The notes under the pieces were generated by a model that searched no databases, had not been told where the DNA came from, and saw only the letters and a program-made list of their open reading frames with translations. This document shows positions 12,460 through 25,399 of a stretch of 64,000 nucleotides of DNA, in pieces. The position numbers were made by a program, and so were the translations under genes. The DNA comes from Lama glama. Lineage: Eukaryota. The stretch is from assembly GCA_028534125.1 (NCBI GenBank), contig CM052817.1, positions 30,010,001-30,074,000 of the forward strand, given 5' to 3'. How positions within the stretch are numbered: the first letter of the stretch is position 1; the number at the start of each line of letters is the position of its first letter.

Positions 12460-13829
12460 CAGAAAGCCTCTGGCAGCTTGAACCACTGTACAGGCGAAGA
12501 CAGTGGTGGTGGTGCAAGCAGGCTTGCTCTGCCCAGCCATCTTCTGCCTTTATGCCTTCCTAAATCACTGCTTCTAACCAAAGCCCTGGGATTGGGCTCT
12601 TTTGGCTGGGTCATCGATCATCTCACAACAACCTGGAATTGACCAGATTCATGGGTGAACTGCAATATACCAATGAGTTACCTTAGAGTCTTTGTCCCCC
12701 AGAAAATAGTTCAAGGTAGAAGTAACAATGTTTGTGCATGACCTTAAGGTAACCTTTTTTATCCTACCTTCTGAAAGCACTTAAAGGAGCTGAATGGGGA
12801 TAACAAGGTTACAGATATTTCCTTGCCAGAAAAACAGATGATGCAGTGCTGGGTTCTTCTCCCCCTCTTTGGTTCTCCATCTCTTTAGTCTTCTCTGAAA
12901 ATGGGTATTGACTTCCTTGTTTATCTTCTACTACTTATTAATTAGGAAGCATTGTTCTCTTCCACAAAGAGTGTTAGGAAAGGTAGCTCATACCAAATAA
13001 TTTGTGTAACAGTAAAGTTTCATTATAATAGATTTTGAGGTGAATACATTTAGTTAAGTTGATGTCAATATAAATCTGGGTAGTTTTGTTTGTTTGTTTC
13101 TGGTCAATTAAAATCTGTGCTTTGGTTAGCTGTCTGTTTCATTGGGTGCACACACTGATTCACTGCTCTGATTAGCCAGTGAACTAGGAATTATTTCACT
13201 AGAAGTGTGCAGTAACAAATACTTGGCTAGGTACTCTTTGCATTTCGCTAAGATTAGGTGAGATTTCTGCCTATATCAATGGTAATGTGATGTTGCATGT
13301 TATTATACAACAATAGTTGACAGTTTCCCATCAAAAATTCTTAACAAAATTTTACTTATATTGTTCTCATACATAACTGAAAGATGCTGAAAACTGTGAA
13401 GAGAAATTAATGGAGGGGAAAGGTGAAGGATATATCCTTAAGTAATTACACATTGTCTGCTTATTCTTGTAAAAGATAAAGGACTTGGGTAATTTCCAGA
13501 CTTGGAAATTTTCTGTATTTTCTGAAATCTAGGTTTTTGCCAATTTAGGGCTGAAACATTTCAAACTTACTGCAGCCCCTTTTTTCAAGCAATTTTATCT
13601 ATTTTTTTTTTATTTCTGTGTCTCTTCCTTTGATTTTTTTTTGCCCTTTTTTTAATATATATCTTCTGGGAAACTGATCTTATTTTGCTGTCATAGTTAA
13701 TTATAATTCCCTGTAAACTGTGTTAAAGAGATCTGTGCCCTCCGGAACCTGAAGAAGGAATGATGATTTTGTATATCAGCCATGTCTTGACCCTGACAGT
13801 CTGTCTCATTTGATTTACTAAACCAGCTC

Positions 13830-13869
13830 TGTGTGTGGGTGTGTGTGTGTGTGTGTGTTTGTGTGTGTG
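13830..13869. repeat. Imperfect (TG)n microsatellite
   Basis: Direct read. Confidence 0.9.
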
Positions 13870-14082
13870 GTGGGAGTGGAGGATGACACTGTGAGTTCCA
13901 AACAAAGCCAAGAGTGTACACTGTGCTCATCAAACAAACCATACTGTCTCTTGGAGGAACACTTATGGAGAAACAGATTTTATAGATCTTAGAGAACAGA
14001 AGTGTCTTATACAACTCTAGATTAGAAAGCCAGAAGTTGCTATCAGGAAGAGTCTGGAGAAAGCTTTCTGGTTTCCACTATG

Positions 14083-14298
14083 GCAGCGGTTTTCCAATTC
14101 CAGGCAATTTGACCATGTGACACACTTAAAATGTGTGGAGATATTTTTAGTTGTCGCAGCTTGAGGGGTTGGGTGAGCTACTGGCACCCAGTGAGTAGAG
14201 TCTGGAGTTGCTGCTATACATGTTAAAATTAAAAAAAAAAAAAAACAAAGATCTATCGAGTTCAAACTGCTAAGAGTGCCAAAGATGAGAAGCCCTGC
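14083..14298 (+). mobile_element. MER20 (hAT-Charlie)
   Basis: cagcggttttc...tggagatatttttagttgtc...gctactggcacccagtgagtagag...agtgccaaagatgagaagccctg follows the recalled MER20 consensus end to end. Confidence 0.85.
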
Positions 14299-14466
14299 AG
14301 TTACAGATGAAGTGGGCAGGTAGCCTGATTGCACGGCACCTGATGATTTCCTTATATTGTCATTGAAGTCCTCATACCCCTTCTCCTTCCTTTGACAATC
14401 TAAGCCACAACCATTATCCAAGAATTTTACATCTAGTTGTAATGACTATCAACTCATATTTCACAA

Positions 14467-14623
14467 CAGTGTGTTTTTCAAAATGTATCCAGGTATCATC
14501 CTAGAATAAAATGCTTGCCAACCTATTAAAAATGCAATTGGCTTTTTTCCAGACCAAAAGAATTATAATTTTTAGTGAGAACCTCTAGAGGTTCTGATGC
14601 ATCAAAACATTTGAAAACCATTG
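14467..14623. mobile_element. MER5-like hAT element
   Basis: Termini cagtgtgtttttcaaa...tttgaaaaccattg; internal ttctgatgca. Confidence 0.6.
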
Positions 14624-14734
14624 TCCTATAATTGTCACACAAAATGACCAGTGAGACAGCAACCTAATTAAGAATGAGCAGTCCTGGCCCTAGAAAAGCC
14701 AGGTTTCCACTTGATTCTCTTGTCCATTAATTTG

Positions 14735-15925
14735 TCATTCAAAATATTTATTAAGATATTGTGATGTCAGACACTGTACCTAGCAATTAAGAATACATTG
14801 GTAACCAAGAACTACTGCTGTTTGCCTTGGTTTCTTCATCTATAGAAAGGTGATAAGACTTTTCAGTTTATTGAGTTGTTTTAAGGATCAAATGGATTAA
14901 TACATGAGGATTGCTTTAAACAGTACATGGATAATAGAGATTACTCAAAAAATGTTATTCGTCATTGTTTACTTGTTAAGAGTAGGTTTCAAAGCTAATT
15001 GATTAACTCCAGCCCGCAGTTACAGAACCTGGCACAGAGGGGTTATTTCTAGAATGTACAGTCTAATAGGGAAGATGGAGATGATTAGAAGACATGAGTT
15101 CTCACCCCACTCTCAACACTGTCCTGAAATCTGGCTTTTCCAGAGCAAGAAGCCGTTTTGAATCACGTTCTAGTTCTCCTGATACCCTTTCCTCCAATGG
15201 CCACAAATTCTATACTTCAGTCAAAACCACAATTGTAGGTTCCTAGACTTACCGCTCAGTATCATACTTTTGTTTGTGGGTTGGTCTTGTCTTGTCACCT
15301 GCTATTCCTTCCACTTGGGAAGGCCTTCCCTCTTCTTCATCTGCCTGGTCTCTCTTCAATCTTCCTGACTAAGTTTAGGTGTCATCACCTAGCCGCCTCC
15401 ACAAGGAGCCTTCTCTGATTTTTCACTGCATGCTAGCCTGTGGTACAGTTCTGTCCTATAATAACAGTTAATACTTATTTATTGAGTGCTCACCATGTGT
15501 CACTAGGCATCATTCTTAATGGTTCTACGTTATAGGTGCATCTAATATTCTCTCCACTAAAAGCAGCCATTTCATATTTGTATCATAGGAATACACATTT
15601 TTGAAAACTATCTATTTCTACCTAAATTATCAGTTCTGTGTTTTTAAATTTTATATGTTAAAGATTCATAGTGCTTATCAGATCTGACACTATATAATGT
15701 ATATATTTAATGTTATTATAGTAAATCTATATTTAATATTATGTGTACATTTGTCTAGTACTTTCCTCTCCCTAGAAAAGTGGAAATCTGACAATCTCCA
15801 TGGAGGCAAGGATTTTGTTTTCATCACCCCTTTTGTCCCAAGCAATGGCTAGCAGGTAATAGCTACTTGATAAATATCTGTAGAATAAGTATTCCATGTA
15901 TAACTGAATGAATAAACACATGGAT
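14735..15925. mobile_element. Cluster of L2 and MIR fragments
   Basis: MIR core ttggtttcttcatctatagaaa (~14830); L2-like pyrimidine-rich segments and tail ctgaatgaataaa (~15905). Confidence 0.6.
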
Positions 15926-16299
15926 TGCTTTAATCCTTTTATATATTTCTGGAGACATTCAAGGCTTTCAACAGCGTAGGTTTCAAGTGCTCATCGCAAA
16001 ATAGACAAAATCCAAATGTTGTTGCTTGATTTATTCCTTCCCATCAGACCATGGGAATTAATTATTTTTCTTATTTACAGGTTGCCATGATAAAAAAAAC
16101 ATTAACAAACTCATGTGCTTTAGTTTATGCAATAAGATTATTATTTAAATCAAACAGAAGAGAGGGCCAGCATGAAGAGATGTCATAAAACTGAAGGGAC
16201 ACACACTTTCTTTGTCAATCTTTGTCAGTCCTTAATCCTGTACCTGGCAGAAACTGATCACTGGTGACAGGCAGCCGTGGCTCTGTAACTTCTAACTCT

Positions 16300-18200
16300 A
16301 AGTCCATCCCACTTTCGGTATCTGTATTGTAATTTTTGAATCTGACCTTTTGCCACTGGTTTCCTCCATTCTTTCTTGTATCTTCAGTGTTTTCTTTCCT
16401 AGTTGATTTCCTCTCCAACATGCAAATATTCTCATGCATAACATTAAAATGTACACATATACTACATTAACCTCATCATCCCGTCTGTCTTTTATGCCTA
16501 CTCCTTAGTCCCACTAATAGCCATTCCTCTCTATTTCATCACCATCCATTCACTCACCAAACTTTGTGGTCCTGTTTCTGTGCCATGGCACTGATGGCCC
16601 CAGGTTGTTAAATCCAGTAGAGGTTTCCCACAATCACCTTGTATGATCTTTCATCTGCATTTGACCCAGGTGACCATTCCCTCTCTCTCAACACACTCCT
16701 TCATGTCAGGATACCGTACTTTCCTGGTTTTTCTCAGGAACCTTTAGCTAACTCTATTTGGGCTTCTGTACATGTTTGTTCTATCTGAACTCAACATTTT
16801 GGAGTTTCTCAGATATGAGTTCAACACTTTTATTTTTGCACCACACTTTCATATGGGGTAGACTCATCTATTTCCCAAACTGTACATACAATTTTTAAAA
16901 CTGAAATATATCCCTTCAAATTGCAAGTCCAGGAATTTCTACTTGGCTTTAGATACATGTATCAAACAAGTATTAGCCAGCGAATCAAACCAGAAACTTC
17001 GTATTTTTTTCTAGATCCATGTATCATCTAACATATCATGAACTCTTCAATATTTGCGAATCTTATCCCCAATCTATCCAACGTAAATAGATTGCAGTGG
17101 TCATGGCTCATAAATAAGATAGCCTGGGTTTGAACTCAAGATCTACTACTAACTGTGTAAGAATAAGAAGCTTATTTATTTTTCAATGCCTTGATTCCCA
17201 TATTATCGATGTGAAAATTAAATTAATCAATTTATGTAAGGCTCTTAGAATAGAGCCTGGCCCATAAGAAATGCTCAATCTTAACAATTATTATTATTGT
17301 TTTTTAATCATTATTCAACTACTTTCTAGCTCTTCTGCCAACTAATCCAAGCAGGCATCCTCTCATACCTGGACGACAGCACCTTCCATTTTCAGTCTTG
17401 CCTACCTCTAATTTATTCTTTATATAACTACCAGCATGATCTTTTTAAAAGTGGAAATCTGGCAATGCTCTGTTTGCACCATTCAGTGATTGCCTGTTGT
17501 ACTTAGGGCCAAGCTCCAGCTTCTGGCCCCTGCCTCTCTCCCCTGCTCCATCTTTGCAGCTCTTTCCTTCCCTCAGGGTGTTCCAGCCAGAATGGCCTTA
17601 CTTGGTTGTTTTGTTTGTTTGTTTGTTAGTTGCCATGACTCATTGTTACTTTAGGGTTTTACAGATGATTTCCCTATATCTGTATCAGACCACCTCACCC
17701 TTCGCCCTTCATCTGGCTATTTCTTTGTCTCTTTTCAGTCTCAACCTCACTGGCACGTTCTCAAGGGAGCCCCAATTCTCAAATTTAAATTAAATCCTCT
17801 AGTATGCCATCTAATAGTATTCAGCGCTTTTCCTTCCTGACAGTTGCAGTATTTTATAATTCACTGATTTTTTAAATTCAAGAAATAGTCACTGAGCACC
17901 AGGGTTTCAAGCACTCGTCAATGTACTAAACATGTTAGAATAAACAAAACAGATAGCGTTTCATGCTCTCATGGAGTTTGCATTCTATTGAGCTTTTTAT
18001 AGTATGAATTATATATATAATATCATTTAAAAATCTATTTTACAAATATTTGCTTAGTTTTGTCTCTTATCCAGACTGTCACTCCTTGATGACAAGAGAT
18101 TTTCTTTTTTCCTTTACTACATTGTCCCCAATGTCTGGGAGACTGCCCCATCATAGCCATTTGCTGAATGAATTAAAAAAAAAATGAAGGAATGAACTAC
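16300..18200 (+). mobile_element. L2 LINE remnant (RT region to 3' tail) with nested MIR at ~17090-17300
   Basis: 16645 onward translates as DLSSAFDPGDHSL, matching the L2/CR1 RT motif DLSAAFDTVDH; tail tttgctgaatgaat at ~18160. Confidence 0.8.
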
Positions 18201-18439
18201 AACATTTCTACATTTACCATCTCTATAACTTTTAGCATCATACTTCATTTCTGTAAACTTGCATTTATTCTCTGTAGAGAAGTGTAAGATACCAATATGA
18301 AGTTTGCAGAGTTGACATAATATTATTAGATAACACAAAAATGCCACACATAATAACCCTCAATATATGGCAAAGACTTGGAATCAGGTGGGTAAACTCT
18401 TCTAAATGTCGTGAATACTATAATTAAGTTATACTTTGA

Positions 18440-18970
18440 AAAGGAAGGAATTTGGAGTCAGCTAACATAAATTTAAATCCTGTCTATACTAATTACTTTT
18501 GTGAGCCTTGGAAAACCACAACATCTCTCTGAACCTCAGATTTCTCAATTACAAAATGGAAATGACCCCTCTTACCAAAATGGGCACAAAGATCAAATTC
18601 AATAACCGTAGTATAACTCTTTGTAAACTATTAAATGACATAGAAATATTAGTTGTTGATATTATCATTATTACTCTTGGCTGACCAGTACAAAATGATA
18701 GTAATTAAAGAAGGTATGGCAAAGAAATGCAAAATATCAAGAGCTAACAATTTTATAGCCCTCACAGTTTTTTAAACATTGTGTATCTTAGTACATTTGA
18801 TTATCTTATTAACATCCTGAAACAATTCTGTGAGGCAGTTACCATTATATTCCTTTATTTTACAGATGAGGAAATTGTTCTAGTAGATTTAGTAACTTTC
18901 CCAGTCCACACAGCAAGCAAGCAGCAAAGCTGGGATTTGAATCTAGGGAGGCAGGTTTCAGAGCCCATGT
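18440..18970. mobile_element. Two MIR SINEs in opposite orientation
   Basis: ctctctgaacctcagatttctcaattacaaaatgg (+) and ttttacagatgaggaaattg (-). Confidence 0.8.
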
Positions 18971-19744
18971 TTGAACTGGTAGGTGATAGTGTCTTTTGGA
19001 TGACAGATGAGTCATGATCTCTGCTTTAGAGAAAATAATTTATATTTCTGTCCAGGACACTTTTACTCACCTCAGGTTAACCAACACTGTTATTTTAGTG
19101 ACTACATACCAGGGCATCATTGTCATGAAAACCTTTCATATTTTACTTTAAAGGGCCATCCCATAAAAATGTCAAAGGTGGGAAAGAGTTTTTGAAAAAT
19201 GACCCTTAAGCAGCCATGATTCAAAGGAATACAGTCCTGTTTAGGATATGAGACACTTACAGGAAGAGGTCCAGCACTTGGAGATATATCAAAGCCTGAC
19301 ATTTAATGAAAACCTTAAAGGTCTTGATGGAGCTTTATTATATCAATTACTCATTCCCCTCATATATAGCCTAATATATTTTATTTTAAAAATGTCTTGC
19401 TGGCACGACCGGCATTGAAATAGTAGCCCCCAGGGCATCTTTGAATGGGTCCTGTCCAGTGCCTAACTCCCTACTCATCCAGTTTATAGCCCACAATATG
19501 TCTATTTATGTGGTTTTGACTGGCAGCTAAAGAATAATTTAGTTTCCTATGGCCATTAAGGTCCAGAGGGAGAGAGCCTCCTTCTACTTCCATATTTCCT
19601 CCTTCATTTGTCGTGTGGCAGCTCTTGGTCCAACGAAGTATGCAGCAACTACACGTTAAATACTGGAAAACCATTTAGAGTCTCCAATTCTCCTTTTAAC
19701 CCTAGGGGAGGTGCCGTCCACACCAAAAGAACTGTACTTATTGA

Positions 19745-20550
19745 CAGCAAGTGACTCAGATGCCTATGGCCCTTACTCTAGCTCCTTTGCCCCATCTCTC
19801 AAACTTCACCTAGAGTCTCTTTAGGAGTTTTCTGTGACTAGTTAACTGAGGATGAAAACAACAACAACAACAACAACAACAACAAAAAACACTCAGACCT
19901 TATTTACAAATGGTTCTGTAGGATTAGGTAGAACCACCCAAAAGGAGACAACTTCAGTTTAACAGTTTTATTCCAGGACACCCCTGAATAAAGTGAAAGA
20001 AACTTCCAATAGGCAGAACTTTGAGTAGTACATAGTTTTTTGGGTTTTTTTTTTTCGGTTTTGGTTTTTTTTGAAATTAGAGATTATCAGAGACAGTATC
20101 CACATTAATTCATAGGTTGTGACTAAAAGTCAGAGACTGGAAGGGACACATTTGGAAAATTGGTGATAAGAAAAAATAAGGAAGAGATGCTTGGATAGAC
20201 AGGGAACACAGGATATCTAGATATTTTCCGTTCCTTGTGTGAATTCTGACTAAAGATAGTCTCAGCAAAATAAGACCTTACATTCATGTGAACAAGATGA
20301 TATGTTGTATGACTGTCAGTTAGCCTCTTTCCCCAGTCACCCATGCCCTTACACACTGCACTCTTACACAAAGTGATGAATGTTATGTGCAGACTTAACA
20401 ACATACATTCACCAAGTATGATGTGACTTGGCAAATTTCCAACCAGGGAATAGCAGATACTAATACTTAGTTCCCAGTATGGTACCATTCCCCAAGGTCA
20501 TCAACTAGCCACCTGGTAGCAGGCAGATTAAATAGGACCCTTCCCAGGAT
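19745..20550 (+). mobile_element. ERVL internal pol remnant (RNase H to integrase N-terminus)
   Basis: 19900 reads LFTNGS (cf. WFTDGS); ~20152 reads WKIGDK; 20475-20546 reads QYGTIPQGHQLATW*QAD*IGPFP (cf. ERVL YGTIPRGDQPATWWQVDYIGPLP); multiple stops. Confidence 0.85.
19857..19883. repeat. (AAC)9 microsatellite inside the ERVL remnant
   Basis: Direct read. Confidence 0.95.
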
Positions 20551-22029
20551 GCCATTTTCTTCTGCAAATTACTTGAGTTGTTAAGATTGGAGGTTGTAAG
20601 AAATACCACAGTTTACAGTTTTCCCTTGTTCCCTATTCCTTCACTGCCAGCTTTCTTCTCCAATTGCTATCCCTGCTGACCTATAGCCATTTCGGACTCA
20701 CCACCACCCACAAAATTTTACAGAAGCCTGACTCATTTTGAGCAAAAGTAAAGGGTGGTCTGAAAGAAATCCAAATTATAAGGTCTCCAAGAATACTAGT
20801 GTCTAAATATTTGTGGATAAATAAGGTCTGATGTGTTGACTCTCAATGTGAAAGATATTTTTACATTAAATATTTATGGACAGATCCCACATATATACGA
20901 TCATCATCAGATATCCACAACTATTTTTCTGTACTTCTACAGTGTATATGTGTTCCATTTATAGCAGTTGGTATTTTATATTGTGGTGTTTGTCATAACA
21001 TAGGGTACACCCTCTCTATGGCAGGGACCCTCTCTGTTGCCTTTGGGTCCCTAATACCTAGCTGTAGTGGCTACACTGTAATTGTTGAATCAAAAAGAGT
21101 TAATTGTGAATTATCTGTCAGTCTGTCTACCTATCTGCAAGCTAACTAGCTATAGAAATGAGAACATTTAAGTCATGAAGACATAATCAATAATTGAAGA
21201 TTTGTCACAAATTCGGGTTTACAGGATGGTATTTAAGGGTGAATATGGTGAGAGAATTCTCATTGGAAACTGAGATGGTACAAGGATTTGGTGCAAATTT
21301 AGCCCTTCAAAATTGTGATACATTGCATATTTGTTGGTCAAAACAAGATTTGAAAGTTAATCATGGAAATTATGTTATATCTCATGGGTAAAAGCGAGAA
21401 ATATATTTGTCTGGCTATCCAGGGTAATGACAAAGAATACGAATGTGGACAGTTACTCTCTGAAACAAATTATGAGGCATAGAAGGGAGAAATAAAAAAA
21501 AATGAGGTCAAATTCATATTAAAATATTTTACAAGTAGAGTAGAAGGGGAGAAAGCATCTAGAAATTTACACAACATATATGCATAATATTGTAAATATT
21601 TCCCCATAATTAAATATTTGATTAATACTGCTGATTCTTAGAAGTCTTTATGACATTAATTTCAGCTATATTTTTTCCATCATAGGAATTACGAACATCT
21701 GTATGTTATTCTTTGAAAATTCTTTGAAATTCTTTGAATTTTATTTTAATATTACAATATTTTTTCTTTGAAGTCAGTGATTCACTTGATAACAGTCCCT
21801 TCATTGCTGCTAAAGACATCCATAAATCATTCTGCCCAGAACAAATGTTTAAATGGTTATGAAGGCATGGAATTATCTGCCATGGTCTTTAGGAATAAAT
21901 TTGTCATCAATAATTCTTTCTCATTGAGAAGAATTTTAACTTAAAGAACATGTTAGATAATTTCATGCTTTTATAAACACTGAAAAGTAGCCTAGGACTT
22001 ATTAATTTTTGAACCATATTTCCGAATCC

Positions 22030-22185
22030 AACTGTTTAAGTGGACACTTTAAAAATAGAAATTCCACCACCTTATACAATCTGATTCAAGGTTTCAGAGG
22101 TAAAATTCTGAAATTTGTATTTTTAAGAAGCTTCTCAGGAGATACCTAAGCAAAGGATACAGAGGCCTGCATGGAAACCACTGAT
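22030..22185. mobile_element. MER5-like hAT fragment
   Basis: aatttgtatttttaagaagcttctcaggagat...gaaaccactg. Confidence 0.55.
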
Positions 22186-25100
22186 ACCATATACAATGGC
22201 CAAATGCAGTCAATACATATTTGCTCACTATATATATGACCAGCTTTGCTAAATTTATCACATTTATAAGAATATTAACATATTTCCATGAACTTAACGA
22301 GTATTTCTAAACCAACAAAATGATTATCCTTCTCTTAGGGTTTGGTGACCTCTTAATATAAGGATGGATGGGATTCATAGTCTTTGAACTTCATTTTACA
22401 CGAATAATATACATGCATTTTTTTTCTGGGAAGAAGTTCCATCAAACTCTCATTGATTCAGCACATATTGGACTACCTGTAAGGGATTCTTTTTCCCCCT
22501 CCCTTAAAGGTTAAGAACTGTTGCCCTAAATTACTCATATAGCTGTTGACATGCATATATGCTGATCTTTCTTCTAGGCTCACAACCAACATCATTTAAA
22601 TTTTAAGCACAGTGCAATTACCATGTATTTATATACCTTCAGAATACAAAGGAAATGGGGTGATCAGGAAACAAGGTCAAATAATATCACTTTCCCATGT
22701 TAATTTATATGTGGATTAGCCTCAGAAGTTTACTTTTTTTCATACTGGAATTCAAGACAGAAATTATTGCTTTCAGAGAACTCCATCAGCCCTCTCTATA
22801 GCTCAGTTGACTGCAGGGCAAGAACTTGCTGCTGACAGACATGGTGGAGGGTCATGGCTTTGAAGTCTTTGGAGTATATGTTGTTTTAGTCTGTTTGGTA
22901 GCTGTAGTCTGTATGGATTTAAAGTTGGTTAGTCAACCAAACAAGGACAGTATAGATTTAATTGATCAATGTCACCCTGAAAGAAAATTAAAAGGCATTT
23001 TTTGAAAGATAGTAAAAAATATGAGGCTAAAAGAAAAATGTACTTATATACTGGATGACAGAATTTAGTTCTGGGAAGTTTTGACACAGTTAAAATCTAA
23101 CAGAAACCAATGTAAATAACTTTGCTTAGGTTGTTTTAGATCATGATTACTAAGATAATTTCCAAATGGTAAAATTTACCGTTTAGAAGTACGATTCCAT
23201 AGGTTTTGACAAATATATACAATTGTGTCACTATGAAGACGTAGAATATTTCCACTATCCCAAGTTTCACCATGCTCCTTTGTAGTCAAGCCATGTCATA
23301 CCCTGTCCTGGGAATTATAGTTTCGATGTCTATCTCTGTACTTTGCTTTTTCCAGAATGTAATATAGACAGAACACAAAATATGCAGTTTTGTGTTTCTG
23401 TGTCTTTCATTTACCACAAAAAATTTTAGATTCTGCTCTATTAGATGCTGTCAATATTATGTTCCTTTTATTGGGAATCAAAATGTAATGTATGGATGTA
23501 CCAAGCTTTGTTTATTCATTCACCTGTTGATGTATGTTTTTCTTTTTCCAGTTGCTGCTATAATCAGTTTTATACAGTCTATTTTGGTGGAAATATATCT
23601 TCATTCTCTTGGTTAGATGCTTGGGGTGAAGATTGCTGGGTTGTATATTTTACTAAATTATATTATATACACAGATGCATCTTATGTATTATATATGAAC
23701 TGCTAAACTGTTCTCCAAAGTGACTTCACCATTTGTTTTCCTGGAAGTAGTGTGCAACAGTTGCTGTGCATTCTTGTCAACATTAGGCATTGCCATTTTT
23801 CAGCCATGCTGATTAACATGTGTGTAATGAAATCTCATTTTGGTCTTTAACGATGTTGAACCTTTTGGATGTGCTTGTTTGCCATCCATCTCTCTCTTAA
23901 AGTAAAGAGTCTATTCAAAATTGTTTTCCATTTCTAATGTATTATTGTTATTATCATTATTACTGTTGTTGAATTATAAGGATTTATATTAGTTTTTTAA
24001 TGGATATATGGTTTGGAAATATTTTCTCCAAGTCTGTAGTTTGTCTTTTTATTTTCTTTAGTGTCTTTTAAAGATCAAATATTTTTAATTTTGAGAAGTA
24101 CAAGTATCAATGTGGTTTTCTTTTATGGTCTGTGATTTTATGATCTATCTAAGAGCTCTTTTCTTAATCCTAGCTCAGAAAGATCTTCTCTTATGACTGT
24201 TTCTAAAAGTTTAAGTCTACAATCCAATTTGTGTTGATTTTTGAGTATTGAGCAAAGTATGCATTGGTCTCCTTTTTTTAATGTAGATATCCAGCTGGTG
24301 CATTGCCATTTGTTGAAAAGACTATTCTTTCTCCGTTTTATTACCTTGTCAACTTTTGTTGAAAACTAATTGCTAATATATATGTAAGCCTATTTCTGGA
24401 CTCTCTGTTCAGGTCCAATGATCCTTATGCTAATACCATACTGTCTGGAATACAGTACATTTGTTATAAGTCTTGAAATCAGATATTGGGAGTTCTACTT
24501 CATTCTTTGTTTTCAAAATGGTTTTGACTATTTTAGATTCTTTACACGTCCATAAATATTTTAAAATAAACTTATTAATCTATAAAAAAAAAGTACACTG
24601 CTAGGATTGTGTTTGAAATTACTTTGAATCCACAAATCTATTTAGGAATCACTGACATTTTAATAATATTGAGTCTTCCAAGTAATTTTTTGTTTATTTA
24701 GATCTTCTTTGATTTCTCTCATTGATGTTTTAGTTTTCATTATATTCATTTTATACATACTTTATTAGATTTTTTCCTAAGTGCTTCCCCTTTTTTATCC
24801 TATTGTAAATTATATTTTTTGATTTTCAGTTGTTTACTGTAAGTATATAGAAATATAAAATTTGATTTTTATTTCCCGTCTATTTAGATTTTATATTTTT
24901 AAATCTTGAATATATTATGTTAAATTTTTTTCTGTAGATGTCATTTTCATCCTATTTTAAATAGTAATTTTAAAATTTAAATTTAATTTTTTGATGACTG
25001 ATATAAATTGAAATGGTTTTAGTAAAGCAGCTTCTCTCCTGCAATTCTACTAAATACATTAATTGATACTAGAGAAATTTTGTAAATTCTTTTGGGTTTT

Positions 25101-25399
25101 CTATGTAGATAATTATATCAAAGTATGAATTAGTTTTAGTTATTCTTTCCCATTTCTATACCTTTAATTTTTTCTTGCTTCATTTCACTGGTTAGGACAT
25201 TCATTATGACATTGACTCATAATGGTAAGAGAGGACATCACTGTCTTTCTCTCGATCTTAGCAGAAATGTGTCAACATTATATGTGATATTAGCTGCACT
25301 GGGGAATGGGACGTAGTAAATGCCTTTAACCAGGTTGAGAAAGTCCCTTTTTATTCCTCCTTTGCTGACAATTTTTATCATAAATGCCAAATTATTTTT

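Noticed and set aside
12257..12614. Three overlapping 68-89 aa ORFs around the X-box
   Set aside because: No recognisable homology; the minus-strand ones start upstream of the likely TSS; joining the 12275 donor to the 8967 or 5369/5377 acceptors hits stops quickly.
12670..12815. Several AAGGT/ACCTT nuclear-receptor-like half sites and the palindrome accttaaggt
   Set aside because: None is a full consensus, and such short matches are expected by chance.
21708..21740. Three short copies of attctttgaa
   Set aside because: Simple slippage repeat with no spacers; not a CRISPR-like or functional array.
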